64,000 nt of DNA, taken from contig CAVSZB010000005.1 of assembly GCA_963732385.1 (NCBI GenBank), forward strand, positions 32,001 to 96,000, written 5' to 3'. This document shows, in pieces, positions 19,997 to 29,289 of the stretch. Position 1 is the first letter of the stretch; each line of letters begins with the position of its first letter. The stretch is from an uncultured bacterium. GTDB taxonomy: Bacteria; Krumholzibacteriota; Krumholzibacteriia; LZORAL124-64-63. Under the pieces are notes generated by a model, which worked only from the letters and a program-made list of their open reading frames with translations, did no database searches and was not told the origin of the DNA. Position numbers and translations under genes: made by a program.

Positions 19997-20339
19997 CTTA
20001 CTGGGCGGAGGACTTGTTCCCAACCCAGCTTCGATCGTAAGGCCGGCGGGCAGCGTGCTCTCGCCATTTATTGCCCAGGACGCTGCTAGGATTGCCGAGA
20101 TGGCTTCGAGTCACCCGTCCGCAAGCACTTCAACACGCTGATGGCCGTGCTCATGTCGAGCCGGAACATCTGCGGAACGCAAAGCCCCAGCCAACCTACG
20201 AGGGCAGTTGATTGCAGCCAGCCCTATAGATTTACACTGCCATGCGCTTAGACTATGCTGGTTCAGCCTTGTGGGCCAGGGGGGCCAGCGGGCTCCGTTG
20301 CAGTCACCTGATTCATGTTAACCACCGTGGGAGTGGGCA

Positions 20340-21056
20340 GTGTTTCATTGGATGATGTCGCCGCTTTCCCGACATGTCGACGGGGGCTTCGGCGCCATCG
20401 GAGACGCCTACAAGCGCGCCGCCGACAACCTGGATGAACCCGCTTCCTTAGCGAACCCGAATGGCCACTTGCCGGTGAACTTTTTGCGCCGGCATGCGAT
20501 CGAGCTCTTCCTCAAATCGATGATTATGGTGCTGCATCGTTGCTTGAGCGATCCGCAAGACGAGCGCGACGGAGATGCAATGCCGGAAATACAGGTCGAT
20601 GGTCGGTCGACACCCCTGTCACGCATCCATCGTATCCAGGCGCTTTTCGACTACTTTATGCAGTTGGCTACGTCTAACCGAGATCGATTTCTGGATGCCG
20701 ACAAGACGGACTGGGCTAAAGTTCCGAGCGAGCTCGCCGGCTGGATAGCCGCGATTGAACGAGCAGACGCATCAAGTACTTTCTTCCGCTATCCTGAGCC
20801 GCCCAACCGTGCCGCCGTGACAGACAAGTCCGCATGGCGCGAGGTGCATCCGGAAGACATCGATGCACGGCTGAGCAGGCCAGGTCGTAGCCCTACTGGG
20901 CTCTTCATTCTCATGGGCGAGGACGAATGCGTGCGGCTTGCTTGCGCGCACGAAGGACTTCCGCTCCAGGAACTGTCATTGTCGCTGAAGCAGGCCACCG
21001 AGATGTTGTCAGGCGCTCATATCGGACTTAGGGCCGAACTTGCAGGAGGGTGGTAG
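20340..21056 (+). CDS. HEPN-superfamily-like protein
   Basis: AYKRAAD...PVNFLRRHAIELFLK...H-I--LF...STFFRYP pattern; lower GC than the flanks. Confidence 0.6.
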   Translation: MFHWMMSPLSRHVDGGFGAIGDAYKRAADNLDEPASLANPNGHLPVNFLRRHAIELFLKSMIMVLHRCLSDPQDERDGDAMPEIQVDGRSTPLSRIHRIQALFDYFMQLATSNRDRFLDADKTDWAKVPSELAGWIAAIERADASSTFFRYPEPPNRAAVTDKSAWREVHPEDIDARLSRPGRSPTGLFILMGEDECVRLACAHEGLPLQELSLSLKQATEMLSGAHIGLRAELAGGW

Positions 21057-21297
21057 TGGCCGAGAATAGCAGCATCAACGAACCGAAGGCACCGCCAGGC
21101 GATTGACCTGCGCCAGGCCAGCGCCAATCCGGCTTCGCAAGCCTTTCTTGCGAGCCATTCGCTACGTAGGTCAGAACAAGCAGAGTACCACAACCGCCCT
21201 TCGCGAATGTAAGTGCTGACATCGCAAATTACGGCGGCAGCCACCAAGTTGGATGGAATCCCGCAATCCAACAGGCACCATTCAAGGAGCATGCTGA

Positions 21298-22395
21298 GTG
21301 GAGATCGCAAAGAAACTGACTCCCACCACAAAAACTATCGACGAACTAACCGAATTGTTCGACAACGGGCGCCTCGACCTAACGCCGGACTTTCAGAGAA
21401 ACTCCGTCTGGCCTGGCCCGGCTAAAGCATATCTTGTCGACACCATCCTCAACGACATGCCAATCCCCCTCCTCTTCCTCACTCGAGAGAAGGACACCAA
21501 TTCCAATCGCCTTCGATACCGTGTGATTGACGGGCAACAAAGAATTCGTGCCGCCATGGCTTTTCTTCACAATAGGTTCCCGATACCAAATCAATATAAC
21601 CTTCAGCGCCCCAACGGCACCAAGTTCAAGCGCGTCCGGTTCCGCAATCTCTCTGAAGCGCTCAAGGAGCGCTTCATTGGGTACAGCTTCGTTGTATCTG
21701 AGCTAAGCGGATTCACGGATGAGGAGTTGCGGGACATATTTGTTCGAATCAACAAGTATGTAGTGCGCCTCAATCCCCAGGAGTTGCGGGACGCAAAGGC
21801 ACCAGGCCCCTTTAGGCACTTCATCGACCAGTGTTCGCAGCGTGACATCTGGAACAAGGTCGGCATTTTCACTGGCAAGAATCGCGACCGGAAGCGCGAC
21901 AAGGAGTTCATCGCTGAGTTGGCGATTCTTCTTCTCGATGGGCCGCAAGACAAGAAGGGCTCACTCGATCTCTATTACGCAGCAGTGCCCGATCAATTTT
22001 CTGGCGACGACCTCCAAGATGACCTTATCGGAACGGCCGAGACGATTCACCAGTTGCTAGGAGCAAGCCCCCCTTCAACTCTAATTCGCCTACCTGTGTT
22101 TTATGGGCTGGTCGGCGCAATCTACAATATTCGATCAGACGAGGACGATGCGAAGAGGCTAGATGCGTCACTAACGGAAGCATATGATGCACTGGAAGAA
22201 TTGTCCGACTTGGCAGATGACGTCGCTAAGGATGGTGCGGTTCCACCGGCAGACCTCACAGAGGAAGCGAAAGCCCGCCGCACTGACGCAGGGATATTTC
22301 GTCGTTCCATCAGCCAGCAGACCGACAATGTTCGGCCTCGCACTGCGTGCATCGAGGTCCTTGAGCGCGTGATTCGATCTGCATTCGTTGAGTAG
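21298..22395 (+). CDS. DUF262 (ParB/Srx-fold, GmrS-like) protein without an HNH/DUF1524 domain
   Basis: PDFQRNSVW, LVDTIL..MPIP, VIDGQQR, IFVRIN...LNPQELR. Confidence 0.9.
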   Translation: MEIAKKLTPTTKTIDELTELFDNGRLDLTPDFQRNSVWPGPAKAYLVDTILNDMPIPLLFLTREKDTNSNRLRYRVIDGQQRIRAAMAFLHNRFPIPNQYNLQRPNGTKFKRVRFRNLSEALKERFIGYSFVVSELSGFTDEELRDIFVRINKYVVRLNPQELRDAKAPGPFRHFIDQCSQRDIWNKVGIFTGKNRDRKRDKEFIAELAILLLDGPQDKKGSLDLYYAAVPDQFSGDDLQDDLIGTAETIHQLLGASPPSTLIRLPVFYGLVGAIYNIRSDEDDAKRLDASLTEAYDALEELSDLADDVAKDGAVPPADLTEEAKARRTDAGIFRRSISQQTDNVRPRTACIEVLERVIRSAFVE

Positions 22396-22400
22396 ATGTC

Positions 22401-23396
22401 GTGCAAGACTTCATCAATCGTTACGAAGAAACCAGAGACCGCTTGGAAAGGGCAGCCCCTCGTCTTGAGGAGCAGTTAAAGACTGCTCTAAGAGATCACC
22501 GCATTCTCTTTCTTGCGGTTTCTGTACGCGTGAAGACTCTCGAGTCGGCGCTGCGCAAAATCAGCAAGAAGAAGTACAGCGATCCCTGGCAACAGATGAT
22601 GGACTTGATCGCTGGGAGAATCTTTACCTATTTTCGACCGGACGCCACCCAAGTGGAATCAGTTATCAGAGACTATTTTGATGTTCACGAGGAACACTCC
22701 AAGAACAAGTCAGATGATCTTGAATTCAACAAGTTCGGCTACACATCCAGACACTTGGTATGTTCTCTGCGCGAGCGGTTTCCCGACCTTCGATTGAAGT
22801 CTCTAATTCCGGAAGGGATGATGTTCGAGCTTCAGATCCGATCCGTCCTTGAACATGGATGGGCTGAGATAGAGCACGAACTGGTCTACAAGTCCGGTAC
22901 GGAACCTCCAGACGCTATCCGAAGAAGATTTGCTGCCTCTGCGGCCGCACTGGAAATAGTCGAGCGCGAGTTCGACAGCCTTCGCGACTTTGAATTTCAA
23001 ATGGCGGTGGATAGGTCGTTAGTCATTTCTGGCAATCTTGGTGCTCCCCTAGATAGGGCTTGGTTTATCGCCGTGCTGATGCGGGAATATCCTAGTCGCA
23101 GCACTTGGAGTCCCGATCCGCAGAAGAATGTCTTCTTCCGCAGTTATGAGCTCGTGCTCATCGAATCGCTTCGAGCGGTCGGTGTATCTACTGTTCGGGA
23201 CTTTCTCAACAGGCTTCGCAAGCCAAAGCCTAGAAGAATGGTTCGCGAGTACGCTAAGAAGCGAGGGATACTCGAGGCCGACGTTTCTCATCTTCCAATC
23301 GCGATCTTCGCGACGTTTTATGACTCTGCGATCTCCATACCTGGAGAAATCAAACAAGTTGCTGACTCCACCATGCGCGAGCTACTGGCTTTATAG
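22401..23396 (+). CDS. RelA/SpoT-domain small alarmone synthetase with a C-terminal extension
   Basis: RVKTLESALRK, DLIAGRI, GYTSRHLV, ELQIRSVLEHGWAEIEHELVYK; no HD hydrolase domain; starts 5 nt after the DUF262 stop. Confidence 0.9.
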   Translation: MQDFINRYEETRDRLERAAPRLEEQLKTALRDHRILFLAVSVRVKTLESALRKISKKKYSDPWQQMMDLIAGRIFTYFRPDATQVESVIRDYFDVHEEHSKNKSDDLEFNKFGYTSRHLVCSLRERFPDLRLKSLIPEGMMFELQIRSVLEHGWAEIEHELVYKSGTEPPDAIRRRFAASAAALEIVEREFDSLRDFEFQMAVDRSLVISGNLGAPLDRAWFIAVLMREYPSRSTWSPDPQKNVFFRSYELVLIESLRAVGVSTVRDFLNRLRKPKPRRMVREYAKKRGILEADVSHLPIAIFATFYDSAISIPGEIKQVADSTMRELLAL

Positions 23397-23480
23397 CGGA
23401 GAAAGCCCCCACACGTGGTGCGAGGAGCTGCCTCACTCTACGATCGGCTCCTGAGGTGGAACCGTGTCCTCGCGGCATAA

Positions 23481-23990
23481 GATCTCTCTGGAGGCCTGCT
23501 TGAAACGAACCAGACGATCGGGCAGTCGCTGGGGCTGACGGCAAGGCAGATGCGGATCGGGCGGGTGACGGTGGCCATGCGGTACGAGGCGAAGGGTGGG
23601 GAGTATTCGCGGAAGTTCAGCCACTATGAGATCTCGCAGCAGCTCAAGTTCATCGAGGAGGATGTGGCGCGGTACGATGAGTTTCGGGAGGTGCTCCTGG
23701 GAGTGCCGGGGTTGCAGGTGAATCAAGAGTTCGAGGCGAGCGGGGCGGAGTCGGCGAAGAACGACATGATGATCGAGGCACTGCGGTCGGCCAGACGGAA
23801 GGCGGAGGCGCTGGCGGCGGTCGTGGGAGCCAATGTCGGGCGGGCGATTTCGATCAGCGAGTTCAAGCCCAATCCGACGGATCGCGACATCGACACCGTG
23901 GCCTTTCTGCGCGGAGTGCCGTTCCGCGGCCCCGAGCCGGACGGGATCGAGATCCGGGGGCGGATCTACGCCGTGTTCGAACTCGAGTAG
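23481..23990 (+). pseudogene. 5'-truncated copy of the SIMPL/DUF541 gene
   Basis: Near-identical to the 3' part of 25887-26570; in-frame TAA at 23478-23480; no signal peptide. Confidence 0.75.
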
Positions 23991-23998
23991 GCAGCGGG
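23546..23998 (+). repeat. 453-bp direct repeat, copy 1
   Basis: Matches 26126-26578 at an offset of 2580; I counted 3 mismatches (23571, 23834, 23960). Confidence 0.95.
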
Positions 23999-24068
23999 CG
24001 GCGTCGCTGCCCGATCTGGTGATCTTGCCGGCAGGAGCGGACGGCGGACATTCCAAGGAGGGCACGGC

Positions 24069-25769
24069 ATGACCGCCGAGGAGCTCGCGAGGCTGATCGA
24101 GGCCGGCGAAACGCTTGCGATCGAGTTCAAGGGCGAGGAGCGTGAGGGCCTCTCGGATGCCGAACTGGTGGAGACGGTTGTCTGCCTCGCCAACAGGCCG
24201 GGTGGTGCCGATGCAGCATGGTTGCTCGTCGGCGTCGAGGACGACGGCCGCGTGACGGGCGCGCGCCGGCGACATGCCGACCGCACCGATCCCAATAGGC
24301 TGCAGGCACTTGTGGCGAACCGGACGAGGCCGGCGCTGTCGGTGCGAGTTGACGTGATCGATATCGAGGGCAAGCAAGTCGTTGTCATCGACGTGCCTTT
24401 CGCCCGCTCGCCGGTCGGGACGACGGATGGCAAGTACGTGCGCCGGGCGCTGGGCGGCGACGGTCGACCGGCATGCGTGCCCATGCACTTTCACGAGATG
24501 CAATCGCACCAGGCCGATCGCGGCCTGCTCGATCATTCCGCGCTCGCGCTGCCGGACGCTCGCTGGCAGGATCTCGACCCGCTCGAATTCGAGCGTTTTC
24601 GCCGCTTCGTGCGCGAGAGTCAGGGCCGAGGCGATGCGAGCCTCGTGGAGTTGGCGGATATCGAGCTTGCCAAGGCGCTGGGCGCCGTGCAGGCCAACCA
24701 TGACGTGTCTGCCGTGCACGTGCTTGGCCTGCTGCTCTTCGGCCGCGAAGAGGCGCTGCGCCGGCTGCTGCCGACTCATGAGGTCGCCTTCCAGGTTCTG
24801 TCGGGCCAGAAGGTGGAGGTCAACGACTTCTTCCGCTGGCCGCTGCTGCGTGTCGTGGATGAGCTGCTGGCGCGATTCCGGGCTCGCAATCGGGAGGAAG
24901 AACTGCTGGTCGGCATGCTGCGGATCGCCGTGCCCGATTACGCCCCCGCTGCCTTTCGGGAGGGGGCTGCGAACGCCCTGATCCACCGCGACTACACTCG
25001 GCTCGGCGCCGTGCATGTGCAGTGGCGCGAGGACAGCATCGAGATCGCCAATCCCGGAGGCTTCCCGGAGGGGGTCCGCCTCGACAATCTGCTGGTCACC
25101 CAGCCGCGGCCCCGCAATCCCCTCCTGGCCGATGCGTTCAAGCGCGCCGGCATCGTCGAGCGCACCGCTCGTGGCATCGACACCATCTTCCACGAGCAGC
25201 TTCGCAACGGCCGTCCGGCGCCGAACTACGGGCGCAGCAACGAGAGCGGGGTCGTGCTTGTCCTGCCGGGTGGCAAGGCCAATCTGGCCTTCGCGCGTCT
25301 CGTCGCCGAAGAGAGCCAGGCCGCCCGCCCCCTGTCCTTGGATGACCTGTTGCTCCTCAACCACCTCTGGCTGGAGCGCCGCCTGAGTACGACCGAGTCC
25401 GCAGTGCTGATACAGAAACCCGAGGCGGAGGCGCGGACCCGCCTTCAGCGCCTGGTCGAAGCGGGACTCGTCGAAGCGCGCGGCGAGCGCAAGGGCCGGA
25501 CCTGGCACCTCTCGGCTCCCGCCTACCGGCGCCTTGGGGAGCCTGGCGCCTACGTCCGCCAGCGCGGATTCGAACCGCTCCAGCAGGAGCAGATGGTGCA
25601 GCAATTCGTGGAAAAGCACGGTTCCATCAGCCGCGCCCAGGTGGCCGAGCTTTGCCGGCTCACCCCTCCGCAGGCCTATCGATTGCTCCAACGGCTTGCA
25701 AAGAAAGAACTTCTGTCTCGGCTGGGCTCTCGGGGGCGGGCCGTCCGCTACGGGCTGAAGGCACGATGA
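24069..25769 (+). CDS. AlbA_2 (Schlafen-like)-HATPase_c_4-wHTH protein, often annotated 'RecG-like' or transcriptional regulator
   Basis: GETLAIEFK, VCLAN..GG, LLVGVEDDG; FREGAANALIHRDY, IANPGG, PRNPLLA, VERTARGI; C-terminal HTH ISRAQVAELC. Confidence 0.88.
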   Translation: MTAEELARLIEAGETLAIEFKGEEREGLSDAELVETVVCLANRPGGADAAWLLVGVEDDGRVTGARRRHADRTDPNRLQALVANRTRPALSVRVDVIDIEGKQVVVIDVPFARSPVGTTDGKYVRRALGGDGRPACVPMHFHEMQSHQADRGLLDHSALALPDARWQDLDPLEFERFRRFVRESQGRGDASLVELADIELAKALGAVQANHDVSAVHVLGLLLFGREEALRRLLPTHEVAFQVLSGQKVEVNDFFRWPLLRVVDELLARFRARNREEELLVGMLRIAVPDYAPAAFREGAANALIHRDYTRLGAVHVQWREDSIEIANPGGFPEGVRLDNLLVTQPRPRNPLLADAFKRAGIVERTARGIDTIFHEQLRNGRPAPNYGRSNESGVVLVLPGGKANLAFARLVAEESQAARPLSLDDLLLLNHLWLERRLSTTESAVLIQKPEAEARTRLQRLVEAGLVEARGERKGRTWHLSAPAYRRLGEPGAYVRQRGFEPLQQEQMVQQFVEKHGSISRAQVAELCRLTPPQAYRLLQRLAKKELLSRLGSRGRAVRYGLKAR

Positions 25770-25886
25770 AAACACACATCGTGGCACAGAAACGCACGCG
25801 TGCATTGAAAACGCACGAAGTCGACAATGCGGCGCAATGGGCGAGCGCGCATTTGGACGCACCTCCTCGCCCAAAGGAGAATCGCC

Positions 25887-26570
25887 ATGCGATCCCTGTC
25901 ATTCCTGATTCTGCTGGCGTGCATCGTGACAGCCCCGACTCTGGCTTCGAGCGCCGGGACCATCACCGTCATGGGCGACGCGTCGACGGTGGTCGGCGCG
26001 GACCGCGTCATCTGGAAGCTGTCGGTGACGACGAAGGACACGAAGCTGGAGCAGGCGACGGCGCAGGCTGATGGGCTGCTGTCCCAGGCGGTGACTATCG
26101 GGGAGTCGCTTGGGCTGGCGAAGGAGCAGATGCGGATCGGGCGGGTGACGATGGCCATGCGGTACGAGGCGAAGGGTGGGGAGTATTCGCGGAAGTTCAG
26201 CCACTATGAGATCTCGCAGCAGCTCAAGTTCATCGAGGAGGATGTGGCGCGGTACGATGAGTTTCGGGAGGTGCTCCTGGGAGTGCCGGGGTTGCAGGTG
26301 AATCAAGAGTTCGAGGCGAGCGGGGCGGAGTCGGCGAAGAACGACATGATGATCGAGGCACTGCGGTCGGCCAGACGGAAGGCGGAGGCGCTGGCGGCGG
26401 TCGTGGGAGCCAAGGTCGGGCGGGCGATTTCGATCAGCGAGTTCAAGCCCAATCCGACGGATCGCGACATCGACACCGTGGCCTTTCTGCGCGGAGTGCC
26501 GTTCCGCGGCCCCGAGCCGGACGGGATCGAGATCCGGGGACGGATCTACGCCGTGTTCGAACTCGAGTAG
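25887..26570 (+). CDS. SIMPL/DUF541 (YggE-like) exported protein
   Basis: AAGGAG RBS; signal peptide; TITVMGDA...AD; EALRSARRKAEALA...VGRAISISE; C-terminal VFELE. Confidence 0.85.
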   Translation: MRSLSFLILLACIVTAPTLASSAGTITVMGDASTVVGADRVIWKLSVTTKDTKLEQATAQADGLLSQAVTIGESLGLAKEQMRIGRVTMAMRYEAKGGEYSRKFSHYEISQQLKFIEEDVARYDEFREVLLGVPGLQVNQEFEASGAESAKNDMMIEALRSARRKAEALAAVVGAKVGRAISISEFKPNPTDRDIDTVAFLRGVPFRGPEPDGIEIRGRIYAVFELE

Positions 26571-26578
26571 GCAGCGGG
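26126..26578 (+). repeat. 453-bp direct repeat, copy 2
   Basis: Matches 23546-23998. Confidence 0.95.
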
Positions 26579-26580
26579 AC

Positions 26581-26802
26581 ATGGCACGCAAGGGATTCCA
26601 TAAGGCGCAGAAGAGCATCGAGGTCTCGGTCGGGGAATCGGTACGTATCATTCGGGAGTTGCAGGAGCTGAGCCAGAATGAGCTGGCAGAGCTTTCTGGA
26701 ATTCCGCAGTCGACGATTTCTGCGATCGAGAACGATCGTGTCAGTCTTGGCAATGATCGACGCCCAGGGCGCGGCCCCCCAACGTGGCTCGCAGCAGGTT
26801 GA
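26581..26802 (+). CDS. XRE-family HTH protein, probably C-terminally truncated
   Basis: VGESVRIIRELQELSQNELAELSGIPQSTISAIEND, followed by an abrupt non-HTH tail. Confidence 0.7.
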   Translation: MARKGFHKAQKSIEVSVGESVRIIRELQELSQNELAELSGIPQSTISAIENDRVSLGNDRRPGRGPPTWLAAG

Positions 26803-26889
26803 TTCCCTGAGCACTTGAACATCGGCTTTACCCGCACCGCCAGGAATCGATGAGGCGCTGCCCCAGCCGCTACAGAGACGGGAGGTTCC

Positions 26890-27978
26890 GTGTTGTCCGA
26901 CCTGTCCGCACTTGAACGGATCGGCTATTCACCGCGCTGGCAGGCGCTTTTCGCGCCTCATGTCGCGGGGGGGCTGACGGCCGCGCGTGTCATTCGCTGC
27001 GATCGTGGGGGCGTGCTGGTCGCGACGGTGGGCGGGATTCTGCGGGCGAGGCTGTCCACCCGGCTTCAGAAGGCGGCGGGAGGCCCGGCGGATCTGCCGG
27101 CGGTGGGCGATTGGGTCGCCGTGCTGGCTCCGGGGGACCTGGATGCGGCGCTCATCGACGTGGTGCTCGAGCGGGCGAGCGCCATCACGCGCGGGGATCC
27201 GGGGAAGACGTCCAACGTCCAGGTGCTGGTCGCGAACATCGACATCGTGTTTGTCGTGCAGCCGATCGCCGGGGCGCCGAATCTGCGCCGCATCGAGCGC
27301 GAGCTGTCCGTGGCGTGGGAGTCGGGGGCGCTGCCGGTGGTGGTGCTCACCAAGGCGGACCTGTCGGACGATCCGGAGGGGGCGCGGGCGGCGGTCGAGG
27401 CGATCGCGCCGGGGGCGGACGTGCATGCGCTGAATGCGCTGGCCGGAGAGGGCGTTGAGCCCCTTCTCGCCTATGTCTCGGGGCATCGCACCGCCGTTCT
27501 GATCGGGCCGTCGGGCGCGGGGAAGTCGACGCTGGTCAACGCGCTGCTCGGCGAGCGACGGCAGACCACGCGCGAGGTGCGGCTGAGCGACGGGCGGGGA
27601 CGCCACGCGACGGTGGCGCGCGAGCTGATCGAGCTGCCGGGGGGCGGCGTGCTCATCGACACGCCGGGGCTGCGTGAGCTTGGGCTGACCGGGTCGGAGG
27701 AAGGGATCGCGGCGGCCTTCCCTGAGATTGAGGCGGCCGCGCAGGCGTGCCGGTTCCGCGACTGTGCGCACGGTGATGAGCCGGACTGCGCCGTCCGGGC
27801 AGCCGTCGAGTCGGGCGCGCTGTCGGCCGAGCGACTGGCGAGCTACCACAAGCTGGTGCGGGAGGCGCAGCTCGCGGCGGCGAAAACGGACGTACGGCTG
27901 CGCTCGGAAGAGAAGCGCAAGTCGAAGGTCTTTGGCCGGGCGGTCAAAGAGTTCCACAGGCGGGGCGGGCGCGACTAG
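26890..27978 (+). CDS. rsgA: Ribosome small subunit-dependent GTPase A
   Basis: PAVGDWV, ANID, LTKADL, GPSGAGKSTLVN, GRHAT, DTPGLRE, CRFRDCAHGDEPDCAV. Confidence 0.95.
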   Translation: MLSDLSALERIGYSPRWQALFAPHVAGGLTAARVIRCDRGGVLVATVGGILRARLSTRLQKAAGGPADLPAVGDWVAVLAPGDLDAALIDVVLERASAITRGDPGKTSNVQVLVANIDIVFVVQPIAGAPNLRRIERELSVAWESGALPVVVLTKADLSDDPEGARAAVEAIAPGADVHALNALAGEGVEPLLAYVSGHRTAVLIGPSGAGKSTLVNALLGERRQTTREVRLSDGRGRHATVARELIELPGGGVLIDTPGLRELGLTGSEEGIAAAFPEIEAAAQACRFRDCAHGDEPDCAVRAAVESGALSAERLASYHKLVREAQLAAAKTDVRLRSEEKRKSKVFGRAVKEFHRRGGRD

Positions 27979-28024
27979 GTGATCCCCGTGGTCCGCTCCC
28001 CCACGCCCGCCCCTGATCCGGCGA

Positions 28025-28816
28025 TCACTCCGGGATCATTCGGGGCAGCACGCCTCCGGGGCGGCCGAAGTGGGGAACGGTGTCGCCTCCATCCACCGGG
28101 TCGGGGCTCACGAAATTTCGTTTCGAAGCTGAGAAGTACAGGCATCCGGATTCGGCCGGCGGGCGACTCCGCACGAAGGCCTCGGCCTCCTGCAGCGCAG
28201 CGATCCAGGTCGCCTTGAGCTGGACGAGGTCGATCGGGACCGCCAGATCGAGGTGCGCCAGGTCCTCCGGCCGGACCCTGCCCCGTCGTCGGAGCATCTC
28301 CAGCAACGAGAGCGGCGCGTAGCCGGGGTCCTTGCCCACGGCGGCCCACACCAGGGCTCCGAGCGGCAGGACGTTTTCGTGCAGATAGACGGTGTCGAGC
28401 AGGTCCCGCGGTTCGTCGCGCCCGGCGAGGGCCAGGACCTTGTTGGTCGCCAGATCGATCGGGTGGAGCTGGTAACCGAACTCGTCACTGCGCATGACCG
28501 GCATGAAACGCCAGGCCGAGTCCTGGGCCCACTCGATTTTCGTCGCGGTCTCGCCCTGGCAGACGATGGCTCGGATATGGCCCGGCTGGCTGATCTCCGT
28601 TTCCACATTGTAGCCGTTCGCCACGAGGGTGCCGTGATCAGCCGCGAAGGCCGAGGCCACGCGGACGGCGCTGTCGTGGAAGTAGTCGAGGTCGTGGCTG
28701 AATCGGTGGGTGTTGGGGGCCACCAGAATGGCCGCCGCACCGGCGAGATAGCTGTGCTCACTGCGGTTCGTCGCGAGCAGGCGTCCCAGCCGGGCCTGGA
28801 AATCAGTCAGCGGCAC
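28025..28816 (-). CDS. AbiEii/AbiGii-family nucleotidyltransferase toxin
   Basis: YLAGAAAI...HRFSHDLDYF; DLATNKVLALAGRDEPRDLLD. Confidence 0.75.
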   Translation of the reverse strand: MPLTDFQARLGRLLATNRSEHSYLAGAAAILVAPNTHRFSHDLDYFHDSAVRVASAFAADHGTLVANGYNVETEISQPGHIRAIVCQGETATKIEWAQDSAWRFMPVMRSDEFGYQLHPIDLATNKVLALAGRDEPRDLLDTVYLHENVLPLGALVWAAVGKDPGYAPLSLLEMLRRRGRVRPEDLAHLDLAVPIDLVQLKATWIAALQEAEAFVRSRPPAESGCLYFSASKRNFVSPDPVDGGDTVPHFGRPGGVLPRMIPE

Positions 28817-29073
28817 AGCTGAGCCCCTTTCTCCCAGGCGTGGCGGCCGCCGTGCCGCATCAGTTGCTCGGCGACCCAGGCCACGTCGGCGGCGCCGATC
28901 TCGAGATCAGGCGGACAGGACCAGAAGCAACGGGCGTGATAGGTGCGATAGGCCCGGCGCGCCTCGCGTACCCGGACCATGGCCCGGGCTTGCGCCGGCG
29001 CAAGTTCACGGCGGCTGTTGCGGCCGCCCCGGCTGCCGATCTGAGCGAGGTACCTGCGGACTGGAGTCTTCAT
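28807..29073 (-). CDS. Small (88 aa) putative antitoxin partner of the AbiEii-like toxin
   Basis: MKTPVRRYLAQIGSRGG...CFWS...VAEQLMRHGG; overlaps the toxin start by 10 nt. Confidence 0.6.
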   Translation of the reverse strand: MKTPVRRYLAQIGSRGGRNSRRELAPAQARAMVRVREARRAYRTYHARCFWSCPPDLEIGAADVAWVAEQLMRHGGRHAWEKGAQLCR

Positions 29074-29080
29074 GGAATAT

Positions 29081-29099
29081 ATCATAAGCGGCTTATGAT
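29081..29099. promoter_or_regulatory. Palindromic operator in an AT-rich divergent promoter region
   Basis: ATCATAAGC-G-GCTTATGAT, a perfect 9-bp inverted repeat 7 nt upstream of the ATG at 29073. Confidence 0.6.
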
Positions 29100-29289
29100 C
29101 TAACGTCAATGTATGAATATTGTTATATGAATAGTATAGCTCATTTTCAGAATCCGCTCGCCCCCGTGCGTCGAGGGGGCCACCAGCCCGCGATTCACAG
29201 CGGATGGATCGCACAAAGCGTCTGGCGCTGGTCGATTCGGGGCGGAAGGCGTTAGACTCAGGGAACAACTCTCGCACCGGGAGGAAGCG

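Noticed and set aside
20100..26900. Integron cassette array explaining the co-oriented island genes
   Set aside because: No integrase, and no convincing RYYYAAC...GTTRRRY attC pairs between the genes.
29100..29135. dif site in the AT-rich patch
   Set aside because: Only a loose resemblance; the XerC/XerD arms and 6-bp spacing do not fit. A divergent promoter region explains it better.
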